Source: Paragordius varius (lineage: Eukaryota; Animalia; Nematomorpha). From it: DNA of 64,000 nucleotides. A program made the position numbers and the translations under genes. The stretch covers positions 2,914,001-2,978,000 of the forward strand of contig OZ176050.1 of assembly GCA_964247055.1 (NCBI GenBank). Direction: 5' to 3'. A model generated the notes under the pieces. The model worked only from the letters and a program-made list of their open reading frames with translations, did not search any database and was not told the origin of the DNA. Each line of letters opens with the position of its first letter. Positions within the stretch are counted from its first letter, which is position 1. Shown piece after piece: positions 36,177-50,411 of this stretch.

Positions 36177-38173
36177 TTCTTGATTCGCTTAGCTTTGGTG
36201 AAATTATGACATAATAATAAAAAGCAAGCATTAAACTAATTTTTATCATTAATACCTATAAACAGATAATTTTAATTGTTGTTTAAGATTAATTAAACTT
36301 TTCTAAGTTATAGTATTTAAAAACCATTTTAAATTCTTAATAACTCAAATTTAGATTAAGTTTTTTTTAGTTTTGCCTATTTTAAAAAGAGTTTCTGTTG
36401 TTTAAATATAATATTTTGGAGTACTTTCTTACTTTTTATAATATAATAGTCTAAAAAGTATAATTTATCGATTGATATGCTCGATAAATGCTTGCAAAAC
36501 ATTTAGGTATACGGACTATATTCAATTTCAAAAATGTGAATATTGAAAACTTCTTTCTATAAAAATGGTTAATTATATCAATAATTTTTGTTTATAAATT
36601 AACCAAAAATAATAAACGTATTTAACAGCACAATACCTGTAGTTTTGTACCCCAGATCAATTTTGAATTAAAAAATTTTCACAAAGTAGTTAAAATCAAA
36701 TTAAAAAATATGCTTTCAAGATTTCATGAATTAAAAAAATATTTTTAAAAATATAAAATGAAATAAATCCTTATAAAACTACCCCAAAATGTGATCGAAA
36801 ACAAAAAAATGAAAAGGTAAAAAATACAGTGTTAATGTGCACATATATTTATGCATGGTAACAGATATCACAACAACTAATGATTGATAATTTTCAATCC
36901 AACCAGCCGTCGAGTACAAGTTTAGCCAAGGAAATGAAGAATAATTGTAGTTAATGGAAGTTGAAAATCTTAATAAATATAAAATAATATATTTCTGTAT
37001 ATTATGAACCAGATTTTGAGATATAAACCGAAGTCTCATTAATTTAATTAAATATGCTCAAGTTGTAACTGATCCCTCCACTTACACAAGCAAAGGGGCA
37101 TAAAAAACATTAAATATTTAAAAATCTCTAATAGTAAAGAAACAATAAAATATTTTTATATTTTAAAATATATGGTACAATTCAGCTGCGTTTTATATGC
37201 GAATCACAAATAATCTTGGTTCGGCATATGTGTACAACAGCCATATAATATTTATCGGTTTTTGGCGCACGGCCCTTGAAACAAAAAATTTATTCGGCCA
37301 TCAAATTTTTTTTCATAAATAACACTGTTCTTTATCAATAAAAATTATCACAATTAATTTTTTACTATTTGCTGGAATTCTGAGAGAAAAAAATATCCTG
37401 ATAAAATATGTATATTCTGATATTAATATATAAATATTTTTAAGTTGCTTTTGGTTTTGGGCCTTACAAGTGCTTCATATCAAAGTAAAATATGCGCCCA
37501 TTATATTAAAAACTTTTCGTGCTAAATATTTTATTACAATAATTAACATTTTAAGTGTTATTTCATATAAAACTTTATTTTAGTCAGTTTTTTAAATAAA
37601 TATAAATATGGTGATTACTTGATAATAATTTTTATCGTATGCTTAATTATGACGTCAGTAAAATATAATTTGCTGTGTTTATTTTATACTACAATAAAAA
37701 TATATATGGACAAGTTAAACAATGGGGAAACACATTATATAAAATTGCAGATAAAAATCTGAGTAAATATTCATTTTGTCTTGCGTGTTATGTGTTTTTA
37801 CTATAGAAGTTTAAGTACGAAAACTTGAACGATTTTAAAACATTTTACCATCAGTTGTAATGGGAAAAGGCTTTGCTGTTATATACTATTTATTTATATA
37901 TGTAAAGATATTCTGTCCGTAAACAAATTGTACTTTCAAATTAATCTGATTTTCTTTTTTTAATATTTTTTAAGTGAGAGCACTATGAAAATAAAACCGA
38001 ATATGTGTGCTTTATATAATTCAATTATTAATTATCTAATATATTATATAAATAAATGCCTAAATTTGTCATTTAAACAATTTGTAATAGATGAATGAAA
38101 AACATTAAAGTTCATGGCAAAAATATATTCACATTGTTGACAATCTAAAATAATTTGAGTGTGACCTCTTATG
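35225..38173 (+). repeat. Copy 1 of an approximately 2.9-kb inverted segmental duplication
   Basis: Collinear reverse-complement homology to 57722-60608 across two exons, an intron and the downstream region, ending at TGACCTCTTATG. Confidence 0.9.
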
Positions 38174-41100
38174 CCCATCGCAAGTTGATGTTGTTGAGCT
38201 TGTAGTCAGTTATCGACCATTAGCGATTTTGTAGGAAAATTTCCTCCACTCGGTTCTGTCGTGGACTTTTAAGAAAGTTTTTGCAGTGACAATTTGGAAA
38301 GTGATAAGATTTCGTCTATCCAGCGAATACGTCTGCTTGCCATTAACTTTTCTTAATAATATCCTCCAAAGAATGTCCCCAAACAATGTGTCCAAAGTAA
38401 CCGAATTTTTGTTTTACTATTTTACCCCCAAGCGTTGTTTGTGCGTTAATTTTATTTACTGTCGATGTTCTTTATTTTGTCCTTCAATGTTATACCAAGT
38501 ATTTTTCTCCAGCAAAACATTTCAAAAGCGTTTATTTTTTTTCGTCTTCACTTTTGATAATCCAGCTTTCACATCCGTTATAACATGATAGGAAATATTA
38601 ATGCGTTTATTAGTCGGATTTTTGCTTTAAGGTTTATGTCATGAGATTTCCATACTTGTAGTGTGAGGCTAGAGCGCATACTGGAGCTTGAGTTGTTGAT
38701 AATGCTTCTAAGTTATGTGTATTCGTTGACTATTTAAATCAGTGATACTCAAACCGCGGCCCGCGGGCCGCATGCGGCCCTAAGAGTACTTTAAAATTGC
38801 CCTATGACCAAATAGATACATAAATTATTTTTTTGATGAATTTTTAAAATACACATAAGCGACGTATTTTAATATTAATTTATTTTCTTAAAATTTAATT
38901 TTGGTAATTTTTATTTTTACGAATTTAAAATGTAGAAAAATTTTCCTACATTAATGATTTCAAAATTTTGGTTTACGTTGTTTCTGTATTTTATTTTCTT
39001 TTTTATTTTAAAATTTTTATTGCATTCCTTTTTTGTAAATAAAGCCTTTCACCCAAACTTGCATATTCTTTTCATTGCTATCTTATCATTTTCTGATACT
39101 CATTTCCATAAAATATTTTTCAAATCAACATCTCATCCTGTTTTTTTATAGCACATTTAAATTATATTCCTATATTTTTGAAAAAATTTACATAATTAAA
39201 CATAAATTAAAAGGATGACATCTAATGCTAAAAAACGTAAATTATCCGATGAAAATCGCTCCTTTTAAAAAGAATAGGAAGAATTTTTTTTTTTCGTTTT
39301 TAAAAAATGTTGTTACCTGCCTTATATGTAAGGACCACATAATTATGAAAAATACAATATGGAAAGACATCTCAATGTGCGCTCTTCGTGAGATTTTGCA
39401 ACGACAACATAACCAACGAGTATTTATTTTTACCAATGAATAATACCACGAAAAGAAGTAATTTACTAGAAATAATTAGCATTTTTTCAATAATAATGGC
39501 TTATCTATGATATGTCCCCCAATCATTGGAATAAACAAAGGATTTATTTCCCTTTTGAAAAACAAATATAGTTTGCAAAATATTTTATCCTTTTACTGCT
39601 TTATTCATCAGCAACTTGGTTTCGCCTATAAAAGATGAATCACTCAATCAAGTAATTAAAACGGTTGTGGATATAGTTCCACATCCGTGGCAAAGAATTC
39701 AACGACCGTAAATTCAAAAACCTTCTGAAAGATATCCACAGTGAATTTGACCATATTTGTACACCGCTGTACGATGGCTTAGCCTTACCAAAGTATTAAA
39801 TAAATTTTTTATTTTAAGGCATAAAATTCTATTATTTATAAATGATTACACAAGGTTTGACGAGGAAAATAATAGTGACAAACAGTGGGTTTTATTAGCC
39901 TAACTTTGCGACATTACTGCGGAGGTTATCATTTAACATTTTTATATAATGAGATGAAATTCAGAATTAGGAAATATTAAAAATTAAAACTTATTGAAAA
40001 TCCATGGCATATGGATAGATCCAATATTAAAGCAACTTGAGCATTTCGGTTTTGACAGGCGCATATCATTGAAGAATTCGTAAATCTTTAAAATGATTTC
40101 AGGAGGTTATATTAGGAGAATCGTGGGGAAGAAAGATTAGAGTTTTGGCAAGATGTGCCAAATACTGTTTTTCCCTCAACTTACACGTGTGAGGCGGCAT
40201 ATTCAAAAATGAAGTATGTCAAGAATACATACAGAAATCGCTCAACCGATGATCATATGGACGACGTATTAAGATTGGCCTGTCATGAAGCGAAACCAAA
40301 TTCAAAAATTATTGGTTAATATCATAATGTTAACGAAATATTTTAATTTTTTAAATGGTGCAAAACGAGTTTCTAGCTGGTTTTACATGCGATTCGCATA
40401 AAATTCATTGTGCTGATTTAGAGTATAAATATGTGCATATGTATCAAATAGCTATGGAATATTTGCCATTAGTTTATGGCCCTCGAAATAATATATTTTA
40501 TTTGGCCCGTCAAATTTTTTTGGTGAGTACCACTGATTTAAATTGTTCCGTTATTAATCCGAAGCGAGTCATAGGAATGAGGGGAGTTGATATGCAATAT
40601 AAGTTTTGTTGAGGTTTAATGTAAGATTGTATTTTTTGCACATATTTATAAAAGTTCGGAGACTGTTTTCAAGGTTTGTTTGTGAATTTGCCAAGATAAC
40701 CGTGTCGTCTGCGTAGTGGAGAGTCGCCAGAGTGTTACCCCCCACTTCTATTCCTGGCATTTAGATCCCTCATACATTCCAAATGTATGCTGAGCAACAT
40801 GGGGGATAAAATGAAGCCTTGACGACCTATGTTTATTGGACTCCAAGAGGTTGGGCCATGGGGGGTAAGTGATAGGTAGGAGTTGGAGTATTTGGATTTA
40901 ATTAGTTTGATTAAGTGATTTGTTCCAATGTAGTTTTATTTCCGCATTCTCCAGAAGTCAATGTATATTATATTTTTTCCAGGATGTGGATACTAGCCAA
41001 TTGTCCATAAGGTAATGAACCGAGTCATGCGGCACACTGTTTTAATTAGCTCTCAATATCTGCGCCTTTATTCTTCTGCCCCCAAACTGTAGATTTCGCA

Positions 41101-41460
41101 TAATGGCAGCATGGCCAGTGAGTAATATAACAGACAATTTCTCACTTTTGTTAAACGATTTTTTCATCGCAAAGAATAGGATCATTGTCCCTTGTATTTT
41201 TAAAAATGGGTACTATCTTGCGGTGCTAAAATTTTTCATAGAATTTTATACCGCGAGTAATACATCTTTGCCGTTTTTTTCGTTTTTTTGATTTTAGAAT
41301 ACAATTTGTAACATGTTCGGCCTAAGATCCGTTTGAATTTGTTAGCAAAACTATCTAGTGGTCTTGATATAGTATCTAAGACTACGTTCCTTCCATGCCA
41401 TATATTAAATCGTTTAATTTTACTCCATAAAGTGCTTGCCGGACGACAGACCCGGTTATT
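38174..41460 (-). mobile_element. Decayed RTE-clade (BovB-like) LINE, split by a hAT insertion
   Basis: RT segments GRQGFILSPMLL and LHYADDTVILANSQTNLE, then after the hAT VWKSHDINLKAKIRLINALIFPIML, (Y)GCESWIIKSEDE, NAFEMFCWRKILGI and DRTEWRK. CAACAACATCAAC-like tail near the 3' end. 5' boundary approximate. Confidence 0.85.
38740..40535 (+). mobile_element. Internally deleted Buster/Charlie-type hAT transposon (1796 bp)
   Basis: TIRs CAGTGATACTCA and TGAGTACCACTG with a perfect 8-bp TSD ATTTAAAT. Transposase remnants KKRKLSDENRSF...TCLICK (zinc-finger region) and FPSTYTCEAAYSKMKYVKNTYRNR (hATC dimerisation domain). Confidence 0.92.
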
Positions 41461-41472
41461 CGGAATCGATAG

Positions 41473-41528
41473 ATCGACCGAAAATTCTCTTCACTTCATA
41501 ATCGACCGAAAATTCTCTTCACTTCATA
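41473..41528. repeat. Exact 28-bp tandem duplication (two copies)
   Basis: ATCGACCGAAAATTCTCTTCACTTCATA at 41473-41500 and 41501-41528. Confidence 0.9.
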
Positions 41529-41599
41529 GCCCTCTTCATAGATTTCATTATTATTTGTTTTTTATCTAACTATCAATGCATCTCCTTATAATAACAAAA

Positions 41600-42790
41600 T
41601 ACGCACTTTTGGAGCATGTGGTAGGACAGGAAGCGGTAGGTTTTTGAACTTTACAATAAGTCCCCCCGATTTTATAGTTGCGCAAATTTCGATAATAATA
41701 ATTAAATGTGGATTATAGATAAAAAGATAGGTTTTTGCGGATTTCAGTTATCCAATTATCAAACCTTTTTAAGTTGATTCGAGTTTAATGGAACAAAAGG
41801 CGGGTTGTTTTAACAATGCCAAATGGTCGAATTCGTTAATTGCATGAATGTAGCTCCTGTTCATTTTTATGTTCTAAAATTTATCAAAAAGCCTCTATTT
41901 CATATTATTGTAAGATATGTTGCTGTTCCATCCACGCTAGGTAGCACCGGCATGACTTTGTCTTTTTACGAAAAACTCCAAGATTGATACAAGCCTTACG
42001 ATTGCATCGACATTCATGTCATTCTGGATTTCACAACACCCTGAACATAAATGCTCTTTCATTTGAGAATATACAAGGATGTGATTTAAGTAAGGCTCAG
42101 ATAGAAATTACCCGATTCCAATTTCAATAATAATTAATATGAACCGTTTGGATGTTTTAAAAAAGAAAATAAGACAATTTTATGATAATAGTTTCAAATG
42201 TTAAACAATAAAGAATACTTGGTTAGCTGAGTACACTGATATAAGGTTTTAAAATTTACTAATGCGTAGCTGTTCTAAAATCCTTGGGCCCAACCCCAGA
42301 ATTGACAATCCGAAAATTGAAAGGACTGTGGCGTCCGATGTGATCCAATCTTTAACCCTTTTGATAGCTGTGCGACCCTTCGAATCAAGTTAGTCAAAAA
42401 ATTTTAAGTTTCCTATTATGGCCTAACAGACCTAGATAAACACTATTTAATCTAGCTTTTTTATTGCCTGTGTCGACCATGATTATAAATTTTTGGTTAT
42501 TGCATGAAGCGCTTTCTGGATAGAATTTAATTTTCATAGAGCTATTACATGGTGTATGATGCTTGTGTGTCTCAAATTGCAAAGGATACCACGATACTAC
42601 TTTAAACACTTAAGTGGTCCTGAATGGCACACCCATATTTTTTTACTGTTTTCTTCTTTCTCTTTAATTGGATTTTATTGATTATGGTCGCACCCCTCGT
42701 TGTCTGTTTGCACCAATTTAATTTTGTTTTTTTCCATCTCCCTTTTCTCTTTACAGCCGAACCCTAAAAGGGAAGAGCTTAATTATTCGT
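41600..42790 (-). mobile_element. Possible CR1/L2-like LINE remnant
   Basis: GC-richer, stop-ridden minus-strand segments (NSVYLGLLGHNRKLK, RVKIGSH, LGPRIL) loosely resemble RT motifs in the expected order. Confidence 0.35.
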
Positions 42791-43298
42791 CAATTTGACC
42801 TAATATTAAGATTAAATCTTTCTATAGGTAAAAATTAAATGGTTAGCAGTTTATTTCTCGATTAGTGTGCCATTTTATAATAGATGTGAGACAATGTAAA
42901 AAAAATGATGAATATATACGAAGTGGATACCTAAAAACAGCGCAAAAAATTGAATCAACCCACAGTATAGTTAGCAAAATATAAAATAATGATATGATCA
43001 TGGAGGTTTTTGGTTTTAAAGGCATTAATATATCATTACCATATTCGACTTACAACATTTAAAAAATCATTATATTCAGGGACTTTTATCATCAAATTTA
43101 ATAGATAAAAGTAATTTATAATAATGTAAATTTTGGCAATAATACTTTTTTCGATGTAGATTATATTTTTAAATAGTAATAATTAAAAATGTTCTAAATA
43201 CTTTTTCATTTTATCAATATATATTTGAAAAAATGCGGAGAGGCGTGGCTAACTTTACAAAAAATTTTGATTTAACATTAGTAAATTTTCATAAACAA

Positions 43299-43854
43299 CT
43301 AGCGTAAATCTCGTGTTGCTACGCAGCCCGAGGAAGTCCTACGGACTTCTTGGGGGGGAGGGGGATTTGAAAAAAGGGACAATAAAATTATTTACATATG
43401 TGGATTATTTCGAAAAATTATTTAATAGCTATGATCTCATAGGAATCTTAAAACGGTGCACTCATACTAATTTATTGTTTACTTGGGGGAAAAATAGATT
43501 TAAAAAATTATTTTTGTGGACTTTGTTTTTGAAAAAATGGCATTTTACAGGGGGAGCGTGTAAAAAAGGCCTAAATTAAAAAAGTGACTCGACTATGTTC
43601 AGCGCGATCAAAAATAAGTAAACAAAAATCATATTTAAAATTGAATGGTCCAACACGGTCTCCAAAAAATTGACTTAATCCATTTTTCAAACGGGGTGGG
43701 CCCGAACTGGGGGCCTATTTTAAAAAAAGGGCGAAGCTATTGTCGGGGCATTCATTAATGATTATATTTTTTCGATGTTTGGATTTGAATGGGTCTACCG
43801 GTTTTCCTTACCAGATCACAAAGCCAGCATTTTCCATTTTTATAAATATATAGA
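43299..43854 (-). mobile_element. Complete non-autonomous Helitron, short form (556 bp)
   Basis: On the minus strand: A|TC at 43854, hairpin CTCGGGCTGCGTAGCAACACGAG, 7-nt spacer, CTAG (43299-43302), then T. Confidence 0.9.
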
Positions 43855-44168
43855 TTATAATGTTACAAAATTATGTGGTCCCTAAACATCTACTTTCAAG
43901 ACAAATGATTGTTGCGAATTATCGAAATTAATTTTTATAAAATTGTCCCTTAAGTATTTATTGTTTACAAAAAATCCAAATTAAAAAAAATCAATAAATG
44001 ACCATTCCCTATTCTTCTGCAGAACACAACAATTAATTATAAATGATTATTATTTTAAAATAAATTGCGTATATCAGGATAATTGATAATTCAAACAATT
44101 TGCTATCAAAAATTGAAAACAAATCCCATAAGGCTTAAATGTGGCATTTTCGTGTTAATCAATATTAA

Positions 44169-44545
44169 CACTTGGGTACAACACATTCATTTCAGTTCTT
44201 CGATTCAATACCCCAGACCTATTTAAAATTAAATACTTTATAAAATATGGAAGGAATCGAAACCATAGCAAAATTTTGCACTTATATAACATAACCTGAA
44301 TATATATAAAATTCATTCAAAAATACTTGATATTACTTATTTTAAGGTAAAACCCAAATGTAAAAATATACTTAACCTGACACGTGTGCAATTGAAAAAT
44401 AATGCAAAATAAACTATTTTTTCTATTTCCATCAATGTTAGAAATAAATATTAGCCTTATTTTAACTTAAAATTCAAATGATAACGATTTGAAATTTTTT
44501 TGTAAAATAATAATGGCGTCGAAGTAATTTGACATGGAACTTTTT
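44169..44545 (+). mobile_element. Left part of a piggyBac-like MITE, truncated by a Helitron
   Basis: TTAA (44165-44168) then CACTTGGGTACAAC. Matches the 22524 copy up to GACATGGAACTTTTT. Confidence 0.75.
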
Positions 44546-45630
44546 TTATAAAAATGGATGCTGGTTTTGTGATTTTCGGGAAAACTGGTATACCCATTCA
44601 AATCCAAATATCAAAAAAATATAATCATAAATGAATGTCCCGAAAATAGCTTGGCCTTTTTTAGTTATTCTACGAGTTCGGGCCCAACCCGTGTAAAAAA
44701 GGGGTTTTTTGAAAAAGTCCACAAAAACGTGTCTCTGAGACAATTTTCCGGAAAATATGTTGGACCATTCGATTTCAAATATGATTTATTAAATTTTTTT
44801 CGGTTACGCCGAACATAGTCGGATCGCTTTAATTTAGGCCTTACCCGCTCCCCTTGTAGATGTTATTTTTTTATAACAGAATCCACAATTCGTCCAAGGT
44901 ATGAGACCGTAAAAATTTAATGAGAATTTCACTCTGTTAAAAAGGAAAAAAATTTTAGTCGGGCGTTTTTTTATAATGGCTGCTGGGTAAACAGATAACC
45001 GTTATAACTGCTTTGTTATATCGAAATAGCGTGTCCTAAATATCAGAAAATCTATCATGCCATATAAATTCAAAAGGTGTTAAAGATTACCCGTAAGAAG
45101 GCAAAATTTTGGTTGTGTGTTTTTTAAATTGTTAATTAGGCCCTTCACGCCCTGAAAAATGCGCCATCATAGAATGATTTTTCAGTTTTGAGGCAGTTAT
45201 CCAAAAACTAATGAGGGCATATGATTCCAGTCCGAAAGGCAAAAATTTAATCAATCGCTTTTGTATCAACCTCTGGGTAGGGAACTACCCGACTAAAACT
45301 GTGCCACCTACATTTGCGTTGGGATTTAACTTTCAGAAAACTTATCAGGCCATATTAATAGGGACCTGAAATATCCGTAAAAAGGCAAAAATTTAAGTCG
45401 AGCGGTTTTTTAAATTAGCCGTAGCCCTTTATGCCCCTAAAAATGCGCCGTCAAACAATATTTTAGTTTTGAACCAATATTTCCAAGAACTTATAGGAAA
45501 TGGGCACAGTTTTAAAATTTTAGTAAGCACCGTTTTTAAATACTATGAAAGTATAACTATGATATAATGTTTAGAATAATAGACATACATAAATCACAAT
45601 TTCATTGAACCCTTTTTTTCAAATAAGGGC
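44546..45630 (+). mobile_element. Long-form Helitron copy lacking the extreme termini
   Basis: Family 5' region, subrepeat block, and near-3' segment (GCACCGTTTT...AACTATGATATAATG). Confidence 0.8.
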
Positions 45631-46779
45631 AGGCTTCAAATAACACAAACATGTTAACAATGGTAAAATAAATTAAAAAAAACTATTTAGGAATTTTAAT
45701 TTAAATTAACTGCCATAAGGATAATTTTTAGGTACAAAATTACTCTAAAATGTAATGTTGCATAAAAAATAAATGATAATGGTTAATATTTTAAAATTTC
45801 TTTTGTTTACTGTTATCTATCATAAAATACATACAAATTTTATTAATATTTATTAATTTCCCTCCGAAAATTGAGTCATTATTCTTACCTTTATATTCCT
45901 ATTAATGAATTAGTTGAAAAAAAAGCATTTTTAGTTATCGAACGATACCAAACACCCTATACTTTGTTTTGATATCAATAATAGTTTTTATTATTGGCTA
46001 TTGTTTCCACCATTTCTATTTATTTGCCTTCTAACAAAATTTTAATCATTTGTTATAACGAATATTGTTTATAATGCATCTATTTTCATATTACACTACA
46101 ATTACTTTTATTTTTGTGTAGCACCTTTGTAACTTTTTTATACATTCATGGATTGTATTTTATAACAGAATAAATGTTCATCTTTATTTTTTTAACTAAA
46201 ATAAATTAAAACATTATGTTTATATATTGCGTTTTACAATTAAGTTATCTAAATACAATGGAGTAAAATTTATGAAATTGATTTACACTTCATTTTAAAC
46301 TGATTTTTACTATTTATAATGCTGAATGTGTTTTTGGTTTAAAAAATCGTTTTTAAGTATTTGAATTAACATTAGCATCACGTTCAGTCATAATCTATAT
46401 TTTCCAAATAGAGCGTGTTTATTAAATAATTTGATTGGATCCAATGCAAACCAATCGCGTATTTTTATATTGACAATTTCAATTATTTATAATTGCTGTT
46501 CATTAAATGGGCCATGAATAAAAATTTGTAATGTATGGCACTACATGTCGTAATAATCAATGTAAAAATTATAAATAATCCATGTTCCCTCTGATTTTCT
46601 ACTCCTGTGCAAAATAAGTTCATGTCGCCAATCGTTGCTAGTCCAGTTATAATTTTATATATATAAAAACTTATCCTTACTTTGAGACAAAAATCTAAAA
46701 AAGGTATGTGCCCATTTCAATTCAAAATTTCGCCCAATTATATTCGAGCCACCCTTGTAAAGACAGCCCTATTCACTAC

Positions 46780-47190
46780 CTTCCCCTGTAAAAATAGTTA
46801 AACAAATTTTACGCAAGTTTTTTAGCCTGTATGAAATCCTTATTGTTTTTTACCTATAAAAATATGGTTGAACGCTTTTTATATCAGCGCTCGGAGCGCC
46901 TTCAAATTTAATTTTCAGGCTTACAAAGCCACATTGGTTTCTAAGGGCTTAGATATTTCCAAGAAAGGCAAATTTAGATAACTATTTAATTTACCCGCTT
47001 AAGGCTTTGGCCCTTACAAACGCGCCACCATAGATTAATACGCTAGCTTTATGGCAATATAGAGAAAAACGAGAGCATAAAAATTAAAATTGGTTTGAGA
47101 TATCATTAACAAAAAATTTTTTTGAACGCTTTTTAAATAGTCGTTGCGTTTGGCCCCACATTGAAAAACGTGCGTTTAAAGCTACTTTTT
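46780..47190 (+). repeat. Old fragment of the Helitron internal subrepeat block
   Basis: GGCCCTTACAAACGCGCCACCATAG resembles CCCTGAAAAGTGCGCCACCATAG of the long-form copies. Confidence 0.5.
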
Positions 47191-48109
47191 AAACAGTGTA
47201 TGAGACAATTAGAGTTTTGTATCCCGTATATTCTAAAGCTTAGCCGCTTGATAAGGCTCAAATTTCTGTAGTTGCGACAGAGAAACAAAGAAACTTTATT
47301 GTTATTTTAAGCCAACCTATGGGACTAGTTATTCACTAAGATGTCAAATATTTTTAATATAAAAGTAAATATTTTCTTCCGTGCTCACTGGGTGAAGCTA
47401 CACCCTAAGACATAAATATTATTCTTGGGCCAATTTTGATAGATCGTGTTTGGAAGGAAGCCTATGAGATGAAAACATTCTCAAACTGGTGCAATGCGGT
47501 TATCATTATTGTCATGTTACAGGGTATTATAAAGTTATTATAATTCTAATATTTTTTGGCCAGATTATTTTTTGGAATACAAAAAGGGTTCCTAAAATTT
47601 TTTGCCTCCTGTTGAGTAGGACTTGCGTGACACCGGAAACACTACACAAAAAAATTGGCCGTTAATAAATTATCAAGTTAGGTCCAAGAATCAGTTGTTT
47701 TTTCCGTTATGCTAACTAATATGTTTTGCCGCCATTACCCACGTTGTATGGATTTGCCAAAACGTTTTCGAGCAGTCTTGATAAAAATAGCGAAGCTTGA
47801 GCCCATTACTTCGGAAAGTTTAGGATGACCCGTGCCAAAATTAACGCCGCAGTTTTGATAGAGCAGCAGGTATTATACATTTAATTTTAGGTAACGAGTC
47901 TTTTGAACGATGTGACGTTTGAATCTATAATGCAACTCCAAGAAAGGGCGGCATGGGTTGCATTGCTAAATTTTTCCCAAAGTTTTTTGTAAAATTTAAA
48001 AAATAGCATTTACCTGGAATTAGCTAATTGCTTAATCGACCCTTCTAAAGGATGGGCATGTAGGTTATAATACAGATGTTTTTAAACATTTATATTTTTT
48101 TAATCCAAA

Positions 48110-48586
48110 AAACTAAAATTATTGCCTTTTATCAAAGAATACGAAAAATCCTTATTGAATTTTTACGGTCTCATACCTAGGGCGAAAAATATATTTAAGA
48201 GAATATTTTTGTGGTCTTTGTTTTTTGAAAAAAATGGCATTTTACGGGGGAAGCGGGTAAAAAGAGGGCCTAAATTAAAAAAGCGAGACGACTATGTTCG
48301 GCGCAATCGAAAATAAGTAAACAAAAATTATATTTGAAATTGAATGGTCCAACACGTACTCCGGAAAATTTTCTCAAAGACACGATTTTTGTGGACTTAT
48401 GTTTTCAAAAAAACCCGTTTTTTACACGTGGGACCGAACTGGGGGCCTATTTCAAAAAAAGGGCGAAGCTATTGTCGGGGCATTGATTAAGGATTATATT
48501 TTTCCGATGTTTTGATTTCAATGGGTATACCGGTTTTCCGGTACCAGATCACAAAGCCATCATTTTCCATTTTATAAATATATAGA
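48110..48586 (-). mobile_element. Helitron 5' portion
   Basis: Minus-strand A|TC at 48586 and about 480 bp of family sequence. No 3' terminus. Confidence 0.85.
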
Positions 48587-48749
48587 TGATAAAATCATTA
48601 ATTATTTATGGTTTACATTTTGGAGTAGTTTTCTACTTATAAAGCAGTTGATTTGAATTAAAATTCCTATTTCTTTATTTAATTATTTTACCATTGTAAA
48701 TATGATAGTGTTAGTTAGAGCCTTCCGCTATATAAAAAATGCTCAGTAA

Positions 48750-50411
48750 AATAGTAATCCATATATGTGGATAATTTCGTAACATTATATCATAGTTATG
48801 TTATAATTTTCAAAACGGTGCTTCATAGAATTTTCATAACTGTGCATTCGTATTAATATATTGTTTACTGGTGTGAAGGCCCCAAATTGACGGCTAACGT
48901 AAAAAACCGGTATACTATAATTTTTACCTTTTTATGGGTATTATTTAAAGCCTTTAGAGAACTCGTATGGCTTGTTTTTTTAAAATTAGCTCCAAAACGA
49001 GATTGTATGGCATCTCAGTTTTAAACCAATAAGCCCACCCATAAACCTCTATGAAAAAAGCGTTGATCAAATCTTTGCCTTTATAGGGCAAATATTTGGA
49101 ATCATCTTTGATACCATCGTTTCATGGGTTATTTGAAAATATACCTCAACACTAAATAATCGTTATATGATGGCGTATTTTTTGAGCATAAAAACCCTAA
49201 ATTAATAATAAAAAACACTTGACCTTAATTTTACCTAGTTACGGGTAATATTTCAAACTTTTAATGAGCTAATATGGTTTCATAAATTTTCTGTCTCAAA
49301 CAATACAATATCTCTATAGTGGCGCATTTTTTGGCGGGTAGCCTTACCTAGGGGCAGGTATCAAAAAGCGATGGAAATTTTTTTGTCCTTATGGAACTGG
49401 ATTTATTACGGATTTCATATGTTCCTATAATTTCTTAAAAATATTGCTTCAAAACTATGTTCCATGGCGGCGCATTTTTCGGTGCGTAAAAAGCCTATAA
49501 CGGCTAATTTATAAAAACCGTTCGATTTAAAGTACGGATATTTTAGCTTATTAAACTTAAACAACTTGATTTTTCTGAAAATTAACTACTAAACAATGCA
49601 ATTTCAATATAGTAGTTTTAGGCGGGTATTTCTCTACCCCTAAGGTGATACAAAGAGGGCCTGATTAAAACTTTGCCTTTTTATGGAGAATACAAATTAT
49701 GATTGATTCCATACGCTCTCATTAGATTTTGGAAAATCTGCCTCAAAACTGAAGAATCATTCTATGGTGGCGCTTTTTATAGGTGAAGGGCCTAATTAAC
49801 ATTTTATAAACCACACGACCTAAGTTTTTGCCTTGTTACTGGTAATATTTTGAGCATCTTTCGAACTCATATGGATTGATTGATTTTCTGCAATTTAGCA
49901 CCAAAGGCACGCTATTTCGATATGACGAGGCAGTTTAGCGGATATCTGTTTACCCAGCAGCCAATATAAAAAAACGCACGACTAAAATTTTTGCCTTTTG
50001 ACAAGGAATACCTGGAATCCGATTGAATTTATCATGAATACCTTGAAAAAAAAATCAAAAAATTATTTTTGCGGACTTTGTTTTAAAAATAATGGCTTAC
50101 GGGGGAAGCGGGTAAGGCCTAAATTAAAAAGCGAGCCGACTATGTTCGGCGCAACCGAAAAAAAGTCAAAAAAATCATATTTGAAATCTAATGGCCTAAC
50201 ACATTTTCCGGAAAATTGTCTCAAAGACACGTTTTTGTAGACTTTTTTAAAAAAAACTTTTTCACACGGGTTGGGCCCGAACGGGGAGCCTAGTTAAAAA
50301 AAGGCGAAGCTATTTTCGGGGCATTCATCAATGATTAATATTTTCGACATAATGGATCTACCGGTTTCCCTGAAATCACAACAGCATTTTCCATTTTTAT
50401 AAATATATAGA
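48750..50411 (-). mobile_element. Near-complete long-form Helitron (about 1.65 kb)
   Basis: A|TC at 50411, family 5' region, about 1 kb of subrepeats, and near-3' segment homologous to 43380-43460. Terminal hairpin not found. Confidence 0.8.
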
